NCBI RefSeq assembly: GCF_009914755.1
Contig: NC_060929.1
Source of the DNA: the human T2T-CHM13v2.0 reference genome, Homo sapiens
DNA: 64,000 nt
Strand: one strand, 5' to 3'
Positions 12,745 through 26,838 of the stretch are shown one piece after another. Made by a program: the position numbers and the translations under genes. The notes under the pieces are model-generated. The model worked only from the letters and a program-made list of their open reading frames with translations. It was not told the DNA's origin and did no database searches. Every line of letters begins with the position of its first letter. The first letter of the stretch is position 1.

Positions 12745-13905
12745 GGCTTCCATGCGGGATGTATAGAGCTTGAACCAACGTCACTCTCACTCTCACCCTA
12801 AGACAACAACAAAAACAAATAAATATATAAAAAATTTGGATAATCTGCAATTTCACAATTTTCTTGAGTACATCAAATAACTGGGGACACAGGTTCCCAA
12901 ACTAACCAGAAACTTAAGAAAAGACAGGCACCTCCAAATAGAGAACTTGTGTTGTTACTAGCTCGCATGGTATTTATGCTGCTGGATGCCAGTAAAAAGA
13001 ATTCAGCAAAAAAGTTTTATTAATCAGGAAGAGAGGGCTAGGTGAAAATTAGAGAACACTTTCATGTCATATACACTGGAGAAATTCCCAATTTCTCTCA
13101 GGTTTTTCTCCAAAAACAGCAACAGGTATGCACAAAAATTATTTGAGTATCTGAAGAAAGCCTTGCTTGTCATGCAGGCTTTGGGGCAGAATGGACAGTG
13201 GCCCCTGTTTTAATGGCATTAACATAGATTGTTCTCCCCTAACTCCTTCATAATGAAAGCGTAAAACTGCTGAAAATGACAAATAATTTAGTATAAATGA
13301 AACAATGCAGGAAAAAAGTTGGAAGTTTCACACTGCTCTCATGTGATGTCCAAACCTACTGCAAATTATCATTTATCACAATGATGTCATATCGGAAAAA
13401 ATATAGACATATAAAGCAGAAAAAGAGAAAAGAGATCCCAGAAGTAGTACTGTACATATTTGTCAGTAGATTAAAATACAATAGAATTCAATTCAATGAG
13501 AAAAAGTAGTCCTTTCAACAGATAGTGCTGAAATACCTTGAATATTCAAAGGCAGAACAAACAACAAAAAACACAAGCTATACAAAAACGAGCTGAAAAT
13601 AAGGCATTGTCCTAAACATAAAACCTAAAACCATAAAATTTCTAGAATAAGCATAGAACAATGCATTTGTGCCCTGAGGTTAGTCGAATAGTTTTTAGGT
13701 GTCACACTGAAACCAATTGTTTAAATCTTAACATATTGGATTTTATCAATTTTAAAATAGTTTGCTCTTCAAAAAGCACAGAAAATGGAAAGATAAGCCA
13801 TGGAATGGGAGAAAATAATTTAAAATCGCATTCCTGTCTGTGAATTCTATGCAGGACTTTTTAAAAAAGCAAATCTCAATAATAAGAAAATAAATAATAC
13901 TAAAA
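12745..13905 (+). mobile_element. Old L1 fragments (5'-end-like piece then ORF2 piece)
   Basis: 13290-13900 carries ORF2 motifs (aaagttggaagtttcacact, gtcctttcaacagatagtgctgaa, aaacctaaaaccataaaatttctagaa); the 5' part is less certain. Confidence 0.55.
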
Positions 13906-14429
13906 TACTCAAGGCTACTCTTAAGGCAGAAAGTATTATAAAGAAAATGAGTAGTCCAGATATGGGACTGTTGAAAATATCATTTCACCTGGGTTCTTTG
14001 CTGATTTTTATGACCTTTTCTTTTGAATTTTAATTAGGCATAAATTGGGGATATAAGAATCAATAATTTGGAGGTGGCCAGATGTGAGGTTGTATCAGAT
14101 ACCCCTGCATGGATACATCTACCCAAGAGCCACATTTTCAGTGGATAGAATAGTATATTGATGTATAGTTTCAGAAAGGAAACAAACTTTCACAAAAACT
14201 ACTGTTCTCTAGGCACTAACCAGTACTCTTAAATCTCAACAAGAACATGAAATGTATAATATTTAAAAGGAAATACACATTTATGATTAGAAGACAATAA
14301 AAATTCATGGAGAACACCACAAAGATGATAAGAAACACAATGACTCAATAGAAAAATATCAATAGATGAATAGAAATGTGGATAATATTTATAACATCAA
14401 CAAACAAAAACATATAAACATAACAAAAA

Positions 14430-15180
14430 TCATTTTTGGTAGCAATAAAATCTATAACATTCCCATTAGAGATGGAGACATTCTTTCCTGCCCTGAATTT
14501 CTGAGCCATATGAAAGGATCTGGACAATGAAATGTAAGCAAAAGCAATGTTTCTCAACTCCAAGAGTCAGAAACACTTTATCATTCACCTCCACCATTTT
14601 TTTCCTTGCTTCTATGATGAAGGTGACTGCATGCCTCATGTGATGTGATGTAGTTAAAAGATGGTAAACCCTCTACGATCTGATATTCTAGAATGACCGC
14701 TTTGCTAATCCCCTGCCAACTACATGTGAATGCAAAATAGACTTTTGTTATAGAAATCTATTGAGGTTGCTGTTGCCATTTTTGTTGTTTCTGCAGTATA
14801 ATTTAGTTTTTGCTTACTGATGCAGAATGCTGGCATCAGGAATTAGGTGTCAATAAAAAATATCTAAATGCATGGCACTGGCTTAGAAAGTGGGTATGAA
14901 AAATGAGGATCCTCATGTCAAAGACAGAAAAGATGGCATTGTGTGTTATGCAGTGACAAAATAGTTAGAAAGAAGAACAATTCCCTAGAACAAAAACAAA
15001 TCCTAGATTCTAGATAAATAGATTAGAAGATCAAACACAGTAGAGAATTCTCGAAGTCATTGTAAGGCTTTGTTAAGGTAATATAAGAAAGAAGAGCTAA
15101 GAAAAATGACGGCCTCATTTCAGGCAAAAGTAAAAGCAATAAATAGAGTCCAGAAATTCAGGCAATGTTGGACAAGTCAA
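14430..15180 (+). mobile_element. Old MLT1 LTR (to ~14824) plus start of MLT internal sequence
   Basis: LTR end ttgtttctgcagtataatttag...actgatgca, followed by gaatgctggcatcaggaattaggtg...atatctaaatgcatggcactggctt. Confidence 0.6.
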
Positions 15181-15589
15181 ATGTTTTTTGTTTATTTTTG
15201 TTAAAAGCATAAACTTCCTAGAACTTTGTTGGTTAACTTACCTTTAAATATTGGTCAATATTACAATTCATGCCAGTGCCCACACCAATAGAAATTGAAT
15301 CCATTCTTAGGTATAAGGAAGAAACCAATCATCCCTGAAGCCTATGATTTCACAATGTGTTGACTAAACAAAATTATCTTATTAAGAAGAACAGTGAAGA
15401 GATAGGTTTAACAAAAGTGTCTTCTATAGCATACAAAAACTTAATGATGCCTATATTTTAACCTTGTCACCTGCAACCAATATCTTCTTTCACAGATTTA
15501 CATATAACTTAAAATCTCCCAAATATATGTCATTTTGTTTCATGTCTCTGTACGTTTTGATGCTCCTGCATTTCTGATCCCTGACACTT

Positions 15590-15917
15590 TGAGATCTTGT
15601 CTACCAAACCAATGCTGATTTGTCTTATTAGACTCCACTTATTCTTCTGAAACAACCTTTCTTAACCTCTCTGAACTTTCTTTTCCAAGACCAGTAGAGT
15701 TTACCTGTTAATTTTTATGTCATGGCGATGTATTGGAATTGTGCTTTTTCTAACACTTCACCTCACTTTTCCTATTAGGTTTCTTAATGTGGCTTATCTT
15801 TACCAAATTTTAGGTGCCTTTGAAACAAGGTTCTATGTCTTACACATTGTTTGACTCTCAATACCAAGCATTTAGCACACTAAATCAATATTATCAAATA
15901 GTTGAATAAAAATAAAC
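15590..15917 (+). mobile_element. L2 3' end
   Basis: ctttgaaacaaggttctatgtct...caagcatttagcaca...aaatagttgaataaaaataaa. Confidence 0.55.
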
Positions 15918-16315
15918 AAAAAAGATTTATTTATTGCATTGACTGATAAGATAGTATCACTTTTAACTCAGTGACATTTTGAAATAAAAAAGTAATCAGC
16001 ATATTGTAACCAATGATGTTTCTAATAATGTTTCACTTCATTTGGATTTATTTTTCTACTTATAGGTTTCTTTCACTGTGGAAGCTAATTAGTGAGGTGG
16101 CTAATTTTCTCCACCGGATTAAAATCTCTTTAATCTTCACCCCAATTTGAATAGTTTTTAGTACTAAAGGAACTTTATTTTTTCCTTGTTATGCTGATGA
16201 TAGAATTCAATTAATTTTAAAACTGTCTGGTTCTATAAATAGTTACTGTCATGAAATACTATTTGCTCTTTTATATTTTCCAACTGTTCTTCTAAGGATC
16301 ATTGTGTTAGAATAG

Positions 16316-16391
16316 TGTAATACTCAGGGTTCTCAGAGATACAGGACCAAAAGGGCGCATAGACAGAGATAGATAGATAGATGATAGATAC

Positions 16392-16436
<45 letters not shown>

Positions 16437-16943
16437 CTCTTTTATAGCTATAGATTGACAGTTCCACATATAGAGAGATGTATTATAACAAATTGGCCCA
16501 TGGGATTATAGAGTCTGTCAAGTCTCAAGATCTGCAGGGTGAGTCAGCAAGGCCTGACACCCAGGCCTTTGAGGAAAGAATGCTGTAATTCTAGCGCAAA
16601 GGCTGGCAGTCTCAAGACCAGGAAATATCAGTGTTTCGATTCGAATTTGAAGGCAGGGAAAAACAACAGCAACAACAACAACAACGTTCCAGTTCAAAGG
16701 CTATCAGGTAAAAATCATTCTCATATAGTAGAAGGAGGGCCAGCCTTTTTTTTCTATTCATGCCTTAACTGATTTGAATGAGGCCCACCCACATTACTGA
16801 AGGCAATCTGCTTTATTCAATCCATCAACGTAAATGCTAATCTCACCTCGAAACACCCTCACAGAAACACCCAAAATAATGTTTACTAAATATCTGGTCA
16901 CCTTGTGACCCAATCAAGTTGACACATAAAAATGACCATCAGA
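16316..16943 (-). mobile_element. MLT2B-like (ERVL) solo LTR
   Basis: tgtaatactcagggttctcagaga...gaggcccacccacatt...caccctcacagaaacacccaaaataatgttt...caagttgacacataaaaatgaccatca. Confidence 0.9.
16367..16437. repeat. Compound tetranucleotide STR (AGAT)4 GAT AGAT ACAT (AGAT)10 AGAC
   Basis: Counted directly. Confidence 0.95.
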
Positions 16944-19184
16944 CACAGTGTGCCTTTAATTGCATTTGCATTGCACATATGAAGTTTCTGCCTGTAACAA
17001 AAATGTTACAATCACTTCAATTCTCACATTCAGGTATTAAAGTTACTTTTAAAAATCTAGAAGAATCTCAAATCCCTTTAAGAATATGGTATGACCATAG
17101 TTGGCATCAACTGTGGGAAAATTCAGAAAATAATTGAACAACAAATGTCAGTGGCTGAGCAGAAATACAGCAAAACCATGAGCCAGAGGAAAAATTAGTT
17201 ATGCCTCTTTGGTGAAAGAGAAGAAAAGAAACTAAGTTCTTAGAGAAACTGAGCTTTCAGCTAAATTAAAAAGCAGTTCTAACTTGACTTTAATTTGAGT
17301 ATGGTGAAAAGACATATTTACAAGGATTTACAATCCTCGTTGCTGATAAAGTATGCCAGCTAAGGAGCCTAGGCCTAAATTCTAAATCTCATCTGACTTA
17401 AAGCTTTCCAAAGTAGCCTAATTTTAAATGTATTTCAGATCTATTTTTTCTTTAGTTTTCTAGTAGAGTCTCTGTTGAGTGAGTACAAACTGGATTAGCT
17501 TTATCCCTTAGATTTGATGAACTGCAAGGAGTGGGGAAGATGGAAGGAACACATAATCCTGTGAAGGTAAAAATTTTAGGGTTACTTAATGTATTATTTA
17601 TATTTGTAAGAAAAAGATTTACTGTATTTATATATTAACAGCCAAATTCATTGCTTTAATGCAGTAGGAGTTTCCCTCTTTCTTACTCTCGGGAGGCCAA
17701 AGTGGGTTTTCCTGGTAAGTGACCAACTTTTGATATGACCATACAAGGACCCACATCCAATTCCCAGTTGTGGTTGCTCTGCATTAAAAGCCTGAATCCC
17801 CTCAAATAGAAGTCTTGAATCCATCAAGACTGTTGGGTAAAGAAGGTGAAGAATCTCTCAGGGGAGGTGATTCTCCCCCTAGGAGGTGGGGCCAAAACTA
17901 GAAGTGATCATTATAGCTTCTAATGACATTCCCTTTGCTACAGCTCAGTCACATAAACATAACTCACAGAAATGAGACTAGGAAAGTGATATAGATATGT
18001 AGAAAATTGCAATAAAAAATTAAGGTTCTCATCTACTATGTAGTATATAATTCTATCATATGTTTCTTTAAAGGAGAAATATTTTGCCAAAATTTGCTAA
18101 CGCATACATATAAATTGATAAGTTAGTATTAAAAAGAACACAAAATATTCCTAAAGGCATATAATAAATAGTCGTGGAATTTCTCCCAGTAGTATAAGAC
18201 AAAATTATAGAGGTAATATTTTTATCCCCAAGTTAACAGGAAAAAAAAGTCACAAGTTAGATTATAATTAAAAATGCAGTTTTCAAAAAAAACTGATGGG
18301 AATAAATAGAGGTTTCAGAAAAGATAGTAAAAAGCACAAAAAGCCTGGCCTCTTTGTCAGATGTCAGTGAAATTAGGAAAAATGATAAATGATCCAATGT
18401 ATTTGGTTTTGCTATTACAATTTAAAAAGAAAATTATGAAAATACACATTGAGCCTGAATGCCAATTTCAAAAGGCAAATATTAATTCTGAAAATTAAAA
18501 GGCAAGGCATTTAGATATGTAAAAAATTAGGATAAAAACTATAATCTTCCTCAACCAAATTAGTTTTGTGTATATAAATATACATATATTTAAATATATG
18601 CAATATGTGAGCATATTTGTTAATTTTTGCAAGTGCATGTTATATATATTATGTACTATATATAATGACAGAAGTGTGATTTTTAAGCCTTATATAACTA
18701 ACATGAATGTCAGCTATAAATTGGACTACAGCCCATAAATAATTTGATAAGTGCTTATTAAGCTTATGATACTATCACTATGTATTATCCAATGTAAAGG
18801 GTTATTTATTTAAATAATTATTTATATTAAAATATTTTATGTTGATTTAGAGACATCATGAATATATCATTTTAAAATAAAATACAGGGACAATAGGAGA
18901 AAATAAAATTTTTATGAGCTTTTAAAACTTCCTCAAAGAGTCTACCTTTTCAGAATTACATTTTTCTTTTACCCACTCTTAGTTTAATATTTGTATATAT
19001 TTTTTCAAATTAATAAATATAATCTATGAATTCAGCCTCATTGTAAAAGGACAAACAATTCAAACTTTATTCATATAAAAAGTCAAATTTTTCTCCAGCT
19101 CCATCAAAAAGTTAACTCAATAACTTTGCTGGAAAGTAGACATTATTATGAATTTTTTGTGAATCCTCCAAGATATATAAGCAC

Positions 19185-20390
19185 TTTTTATTTTGGTATA
19201 ATTTATACACAAATCACACATATTTAATGTACATCACGTAATTAGTTTGCACATATGAAAACATTTGTCATACCATTACCACATCAAAGTAATAGCCACA
19301 TACATCACCTTCCAAAGTTTAATTATGTCTTTTTTGGTTTTATTTGGGTTGTTTACTTGTTTTGTGTGTCTTTGTTTATTTTTGTTTCTCTTTGAAAGAA
19401 CCCTTAATATAAGTTCAATTCTCTTAAAAAGATTTGAAGTGCACAAAACCATCACTATGTTGTACAGAAAATCTCTAGAACTTGTTCATTTAGCATAACT
19501 GAAACTTTATATCCATTGAACAAGTCCCAATTTTGCCTACTCCTTGCAATCACTGTTGTATTCTCCAACAGTGTAAGTTTGTCTGTTATAGATAATTCAA
19601 ATAAGAAGAATCATGCAGTATTTGTCCCTCTGTGATTGGCTTATTTCACTTAGCATAATGCCCTTCGGGTTCATCGATGTTATTGAAAATGGTAAGGTTT
19701 CCTTTTTTTTAAGATTGAATAATATTTTATTGTATATATATACTACATTTTCTTTATCTAGCTCTTTATCAATGGACACTTAAATTGTTTGCATATATTG
19801 GCTATTATGAATAATTCTGCAATGAACATGTGAGTGGAGATTTCTCTTCAAGATCATGATTTCAATTATTTTGTGCTACGATCTAAATGTGCCCCCTCGA
19901 AAATTATATGTTGAAACTTAATCACCAATGTGATGGTATTAAGAGATAGAAGTTTTAGCAGGTGATCAAGTAAATAAAGGAGAAGCCCTCATGTACAGGA
20001 TAAGTGTCCTTAAAAAATAGTGCAACAGAGCTGTTCACCCCTTCCACCATGTGAGGAAGCAGCAAAAGGCACCATCTTGGATGCAGAGAGTAACCCCCAC
20101 CAGGCACTGAATCCACTGGTGCCTTGATCTTGGTCTTCTCGGCCCCCAAAACTGACAAAATAAATTATTATTCTTTATAAATTACCCAGTCTCAGGTATT
20201 TTGTTACAGCAGCAAGAACAAACAAAGACATGTTGGATATAAGAAATTGAACCCTTATCTTAAGCCGTACATGATGTAAATGTATTAAAGATGTAAACAT
20301 TATGACTTAAACTGTAAAACTAATTGAAGAAAATATAGGTGAAAGCTTGTTGATGTTTATTTTGTCCAATGCTTTTCTGTGATATAACAT
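19185..20390 (-). mobile_element. L1MA/L1MB 3' end (minus, 19185-20241) with an inverted ORF2 piece (20242-20390), interrupted by an LTR
   Basis: atcatgcagtatttgtccctctgtgattggcttatttcacttagcataatg on minus; plus-strand ORF2 text gaaattgaacccttatctt...gaagaaaatataggtgaaagctt. Confidence 0.8.
19874..20230 (+). mobile_element. MaLR solo LTR (MLT1A0/MSTC-D-like)
   Basis: tgctacgatctaaatgt...ggtgccttgatcttgg...ataaattacccagtctcaggtattttgttacagcagca...aaagaca; TSD-like ttttg/tgttg. Confidence 0.88.
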
Positions 20391-21268
20391 ATGAATCATA
20401 TTTTAAGTCAAAGCCATAGATACAACATATTTTTCCAAACATTATCACCTGTTTCCAATAAAGACTTATGAGAATATAGCATTTTTAAAGTGATTTTTTT
20501 ATAATGTTTTTCTTCAGGATATTCAACATTTTTCCAAGATGTTAACATTCATTTTTGTGTTTTCATATCTATTCTGAATCATTATTTTCTGCTAGTGAAT
20601 ATTTTCACCTAACAACTAGAACTTATGTGCCTGCTTTTACTCTTTTCTCAAACAGTTTGTTGACTCAACTGTCAAGAAGTTATGGTTCGACTGTCACACC
20701 ACCAAAGAAAACATTTAAAATTGCTAGCACATGTGAAGTTGCTAGCAATTTAAAATGACAATTTTAAATGCCATTGATTGCTGGATAATTTTAGAGATAT
20801 TGAAAAGTTAAAAATATACTTCACATAGTAATATGAACTTATGTCCACATGGACTCTTGAACTTTTTCCTCAAATCAGTTTATAGCTAGTTTATTGTTCA
20901 GTGACATAAGAAACATTTATGAAAATATTAAAGAATCAGAACATAAGACCATTTTCCATCTTGCTATTGAATATGAAATTCTTACAAAAATATATAATTA
21001 AAATTATGATATACCTTATAGGATCAATCACATTATAGTTAGTCATTAAATAGGGTTACATTCCAAAAGGCTCATCATGTTTGGTTCTGTAAAATAGTTT
21101 GACTGTGGACCGAGTCTTATTTGACAATTATAAGCCAAATGCTTATTTTGTATTCAAAAATGTTTGAGAATTTTAGTATATCCTAAAAAGCATTTAGGGT
21201 GTACAACAATGATAGGTTGAATTTAATTGCTGATTTTCAATTATGCCTCTTAGAAAATGGAGGTGACA

Positions 21269-21612
<344 letters not shown>

Positions 21613-21649
21613 TCAACTACAAGTGCAACAGAGCATAAAATAATTGGGA

Positions 21650-22300
21650 ATGAAACAGAATGCAGGAAGTATGCACAAAAGGGAATACTGAATTTTACTA
21701 AGATACTATGAACATTTCCACAGCTCAGACGTATAGATTTGCTTCAACAGTGAACACCAATGGATAAGACTATCTCAGGCAGAGGAAATAGCACTAGCCA
21801 AGACACAGAAGTGTGAAGCCGCATAGGACATTAAAGGTAGAAATCATTTGGCCCTGTTGAAATTGTTTGCTGAATTTAGAAAAATGTTATATTAGAAAAG
21901 GATAAATAATGTGACTAGATCATAGGGATAAAATAAATAAAAAATGTGTAAACTCTTCTGAATAGTTAGATTTATTGGAACAAGATAGATCCATGCAAGT
22001 GTACAAAAAATTTCAACTTTATCATTGACACATGATGCAAAAATAAATATTTGTTGGTGTTATGAAAGATATATTAGAGGTAAGTATTGAAAGATAGAGT
22101 TAAGTATTGAAACAGATTAATTGGCAGGTTACAAAAGGAGGCCAAGCTCAAGATGATGAATTTTAATAAATATAGTAAACAGGCTAATAAATGTTAAGGA
22201 ACACAATAGAGCAAAATTGTCAATTAACTAGGAAATGGTTAAGGAAGAGATGAAAGTTGATTAATGTGATTAATTAATACAGAAATCCAATGATTAATGA
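21650..22300 (-). mobile_element. L2 fragment
   Basis: tctcaggcagaggaaatagcactagccaagacacagaagtgtgaag is a typical L2 antisense motif; boundaries approximate. Confidence 0.45.
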
Positions 22301-22342
22301 TGGGATTTTTTTTAAAAGACTCAATTTACAGGCTTTCTCTCC

Positions 22343-22347
<5 letters not shown>

Positions 22348-22381
<34 letters not shown>
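22348..22381. repeat. (TG)17 microsatellite
   Basis: Counted directly. Confidence 0.95.
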
Positions 22382-22383
<2 letters not shown>

Positions 22384-24583
22384 TGTAGGTAGATATTATT
22401 GCTATATTATATATAGATGTCACATATATACATATGATGATAAAGACATGATAATGGAGCATGCTACTGTAGAAAACCAGTTTTTGACACTTAGCTACAA
22501 GATCATAATAACTTGCAAATGTATTTGGGGAAAACACATCTGCTAAAAATGCCAGCAAGTTACAACTTGAGGAAGATTAAAACCATTTTAAACTTTAACA
22601 AATAAGTACACAAACCTCTTGAGCACACTGAATTGTTCACTTATGAGCACACTACACAGACCTATGAGAATCTGTGCATCATATTTCCCTGAGCATGGAG
22701 AAAAAGAATAGTCATGAGTGCCTGTTATTCTAACATGCCCTAGAATTCTTAAATAATAGGTATTATTAAAAGGAGATCTATTTTATTTAAACTTGTTAAG
22801 CTTAAATAGAATGAGCTAATGGGGGATACTTTTCTATCATTCTTGACTTACATTGTCATCCTCCAAGATATCACTTCAAGTTGCTAAGCCCATCTATTTA
22901 TCTATTTATTATTTTACACTTGAAGTGGGGCCTAATATAATTATTGTCAAGTGAATGGTAGTAGTAACAATAATTTCTAATAATAATTGGTAAATAATAC
23001 ATTTAGAGTAAATATCATTCCTGAATCATTAGGTGTCAACCGCAAATAGAGTTAATATAGAAACAAAGAAAGGACAAGTAAAAGGATGCCAAGGTAATAA
23101 AATATTTTAAAATAATATTGTAATGAATATGTAAAATTTGCTAAAATAATAAGGTAAAAATTATTTAAAGCATCATAAAATGATAAATTTCTAAAATAAG
23201 AAAAATCCTGCACATGTATTAATATAATTATTCACTTTTTAAAAGCAAAGAGCAAAATATATTTCAGAATATTTGATGTAACAACTGCCTGAAAGATTTT
23301 TCTCTGAAAATCTATAACAATTTTTAAGTCTCTCAAATTACATCATCAATCAAGTATCATTTATACAGACATTACTTTTTAAACTATCATTTTCTCTCAG
23401 AATATCAAATGCTTTGAAGCTGTACTGAAAATGATTTTGATACATTAAGGTGACATGCCAAAAAAATTTCCAGAGACATTTTTCACATACTTTTTAATGC
23501 TTTTTTGGTGTTTTTTCATTATTTCAAGATTAATTCAAAAATAATATTTTGGCTGGGAAAATTTTCATAATTTGACTATGTACTTTGTTTTGCGACCCTT
23601 ATTGATGTAATAATACAGTAAGAAGATCATGTAGTGAAGTACTGGGAATTTATGTTGCTTGAATTGAAGATTTATTGATAAGGCATCCCATTCACAATTT
23701 GTAAAATAAAGAGATTCATACTGTAATGAATAAAATTTGTTCTCTCCCTGGGATACAGAAAATTCCTTATTTACACATCATTTAACTGATTATACTCAGA
23801 TCTTTTACTAGTCATAATATGTGGCTGCTCTAATATTCAAAGATTAGATTTGAATCCAACTTCCTCTTATGATTATAGATTTTCTTTTATCATTTAGAGA
23901 CAAAAAGAAGTCTCCAATAGTAGCTGAAAGTTTTCAGAGGTTCCTCACTTGTCCTATGGGTTTAAATTAGGGTGAAGATGGTCTAAGCTTAGCTATAGAC
24001 CAAGCTTTAGGCAAAGCGATTTTAGAAGGTGCATATTATTCCTTTAGAAATTAAATCACTAATTCGTGTGTGTAAGACTATCATTAAAAAGCAAACATAG
24101 CAAAATTATCATTAGATTACCTGACCTTCAAATATTGTGAAAGATAACCATTTTTTTTCTATTTCATTTTTTTTTCCTCAGGATATTTGTGTGTGCCAAA
24201 TCCTTAGCCTGCTATTGTCAGAAACCATTGACAGGCCTCTTTAAAAATATTAACTTCTCAATCACAATACTAGACCCATGTCTGAAAGAAAGCCATGTAA
24301 AATATTTCCCCAAAGAGTCTTGAAAAAAGGAGCCACTCCTAAGAATCATTTGTGCTGCATTTTCTCTTGCTATATCAGGGTGATAAACTGGGTTTGGTTA
24401 ATGCAAGGGTGTTTTCTCAGTTGTCCTTTGTGGGTAGACTCAATAGTGTTCACATCTGAGACTCTTTCATCACCAGCTGTAGAGAACAACCATCTTTGAA
24501 CAATGAAATGTTATGCTGAATATGAGCTTAAAACTTTTGTTGAGCCCTGTGTTGCTGTTTATTTTCAGTGGTAAAATCAAGTA

Positions 24584-24918
24584 CAGTCATTCTTCGGTAT
24601 CCATGGGGGATCAGATCTAGGACTCCTGTGGATGCCAAAATTCGCAGATGCTCAAGTCCTTTATATAAAATGGCATCATATTTGCATATAGCCTGTGCAT
24701 ATGCTTTTGTATACTTCAAATCATCTCTCGATTACTTATAATACCTACTACAATGCCTACAGATCACTTTATTTGTGTGAATTCAACACAGTACTCAGCA
24801 CCTGGCAAATTAAAGTTGTGCTGTTTTGGGACATTGTGGATATATTTTTCCAAATATTTTCCATCTGCACTTGGTTAAATCCACAGATGGGGAACCCACA
24901 GATCCAAAGGGCCAACTG
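24584..24918. mobile_element. MER2/MER2B TcMar-Tigger MITE
   Basis: TIR-like ends cagtcattcttcggtatccatggg / cccacagatccaaagggccaactg flanked by TA on both sides. Confidence 0.9.
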
Positions 24919-26258
24919 TATATTATTTAGGATTCTGATTGGTCTGTGTAAGCCTGTGTTCCATGATGAAGTCCAGGCTGTATCTTTCTTTTCTATTACT
25001 TCATTCTCTTTTATTGATGAACTTGACGTTTACACTTAAAGAAAATGGCAAGAAGAAGATGCTCAATAAACCTGACAGCTTGAACCAGCTCCAAAGAATA
25101 ACAAGTAGAATTTCTGAATGTACTAGTGTGCTTTGAACACAAAGACTTGAGTCATCACTCAAGACCTTGTATAGACTCTTTTCTTGCCTTTCTTGGTTTC
25201 CCTGAGAATTGATTTGATTTTTCCATCTACTGGGAAGTACAGTATGTCAGGCTCACAGGTGGTGATAGCTGGCATTTGGTTAAAATCTATACATGAGGTG
25301 CAGAAGTAACATAATTTTTCAACCAGCTCAGTTTTTACAGGGTTGTCTCAGTTGAAGTATTCACTCCAACCTGAGCAAACTTATGCTTCATACACGCACT
25401 CCCATCTTGTCCTAAATATTATTTCTAACAAAGTTGCACATTTTTACTAAAGACAACTTAGCACTGTTGCGGCCATTTTGAGGAAACTTCGATATGACTT
25501 AGACAATCTTATAGATGTCTTAGAAGGGAAGGTACAAAATACCTAACATTTAATGGTCAGCCTTTCTTGACTGGCATGTGGAAAAATCAAAACCTAATTT
25601 GGACTCCAAAATCATTTTCCTAATTTTTTTTTTCTGGTGCAGACTATTCAAACGTGAAAACAGACAGCAAATAAACAAGCAAACAACTTCGAACAGCTTT
25701 ACCCTTAGAATTCTCCATCTCCACATCATGAGCTTTTCTCCACATTTACTCCTCCTACCTCCAAGACACAATTCTATTTCAAAATTATAATTTCCTTCTA
25801 TCCTGTATGAAACCACTTTAAGGTCAGAAATCTATGTCAGGTGGACTTTAGCACATTGACATGGACAATTTCAATGGCATTGTCAAAAATGTCCCAAATC
25901 CATGAGAATAAAGGAAAAAATTTAAAGGGATACTGAATTTTCTTGGGTCCTTATAATCTCAGTTTTTTGAATTTATAAAACTAAAATAGACTGTTTATTA
26001 AAGATGGTAATTTAATAGCCAAGACTTGGATAGAGATAATGATTGGGGGAGAGGGAACTCCCAGGAAGGATCTAAAGGAACATGGATGCTGAAAGTCTGA
26101 GAATTGACTTCAAATAGCCCAGGTCATAGTATAAAACCTTGTCAAAGACATTTCACAAACTTTAAACTGATTAAATATTGACCTAAATTTAATTTCAGAA
26201 ACAGTGAAGGCAAAGGATAAATTGGAGATTTTGGAGATCACTTGAAAAATACTTTTAA

Positions 26259-26838
26259 TGTTGACAATGTAAAAATTGCCCTGGACAAAATCAAACAGGC
26301 CAGGAAGCCTGTAAAGTTCAATATTTTTACAACATTGAAGAGGGATTAAATTCACTTCCGCTAAGATTAAAAGCAAACAAAACAACAACAACACTGAAAT
26401 TTTTAATAGCTGTGGTGGGGGAAATTGGAGGCCACCTGTATTTGCTAACAGTCTTTACCCAAAGGAAAAGTAAACTTTCGCATATCTTCATGACAGAAGT
26501 TAGCTTTACAATTTGGAGCAAAGAGCCAACTGAAGTTAGGCTTCTACCCTCCCAAAGAGACTAAAAGATGCAGGAACTTTCTCCTCCAATGTTGACGTTT
26601 CAAGGAGGGAGAGAGAGAGATCTCAGGTTCTTGAGAAAGCCATTCACTGGATCTTAAAACTGGTAAGGAACTCCAAAGGAGAGATATATACATTTCAAAG
26701 AGAGCTGAGAAAGAATTTGCAATTACAAGTGTTCTAAAATGTATGCTCTATAAAAAGGGTTGTTAGGGGACTACAGTAAGAAAGAAACCTGTCTAAAGCT
26801 TAGTCAAGCTAAGGGGAACATTAAAACCATCTCGGGCA
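26259..26838 (-). mobile_element. MER67/MER31-family ERV1 solo LTR
   Basis: Reverse complement starts tgcccgagatggttttaatgttccccttagcttgactaagctttagacaggtttctt, the hallmark of this LTR family. Confidence 0.8.

Noticed and set aside
24695-25039. 114 aa ORF
   Set aside because: Mostly inside non-autonomous MER2; no transposase similarity seen
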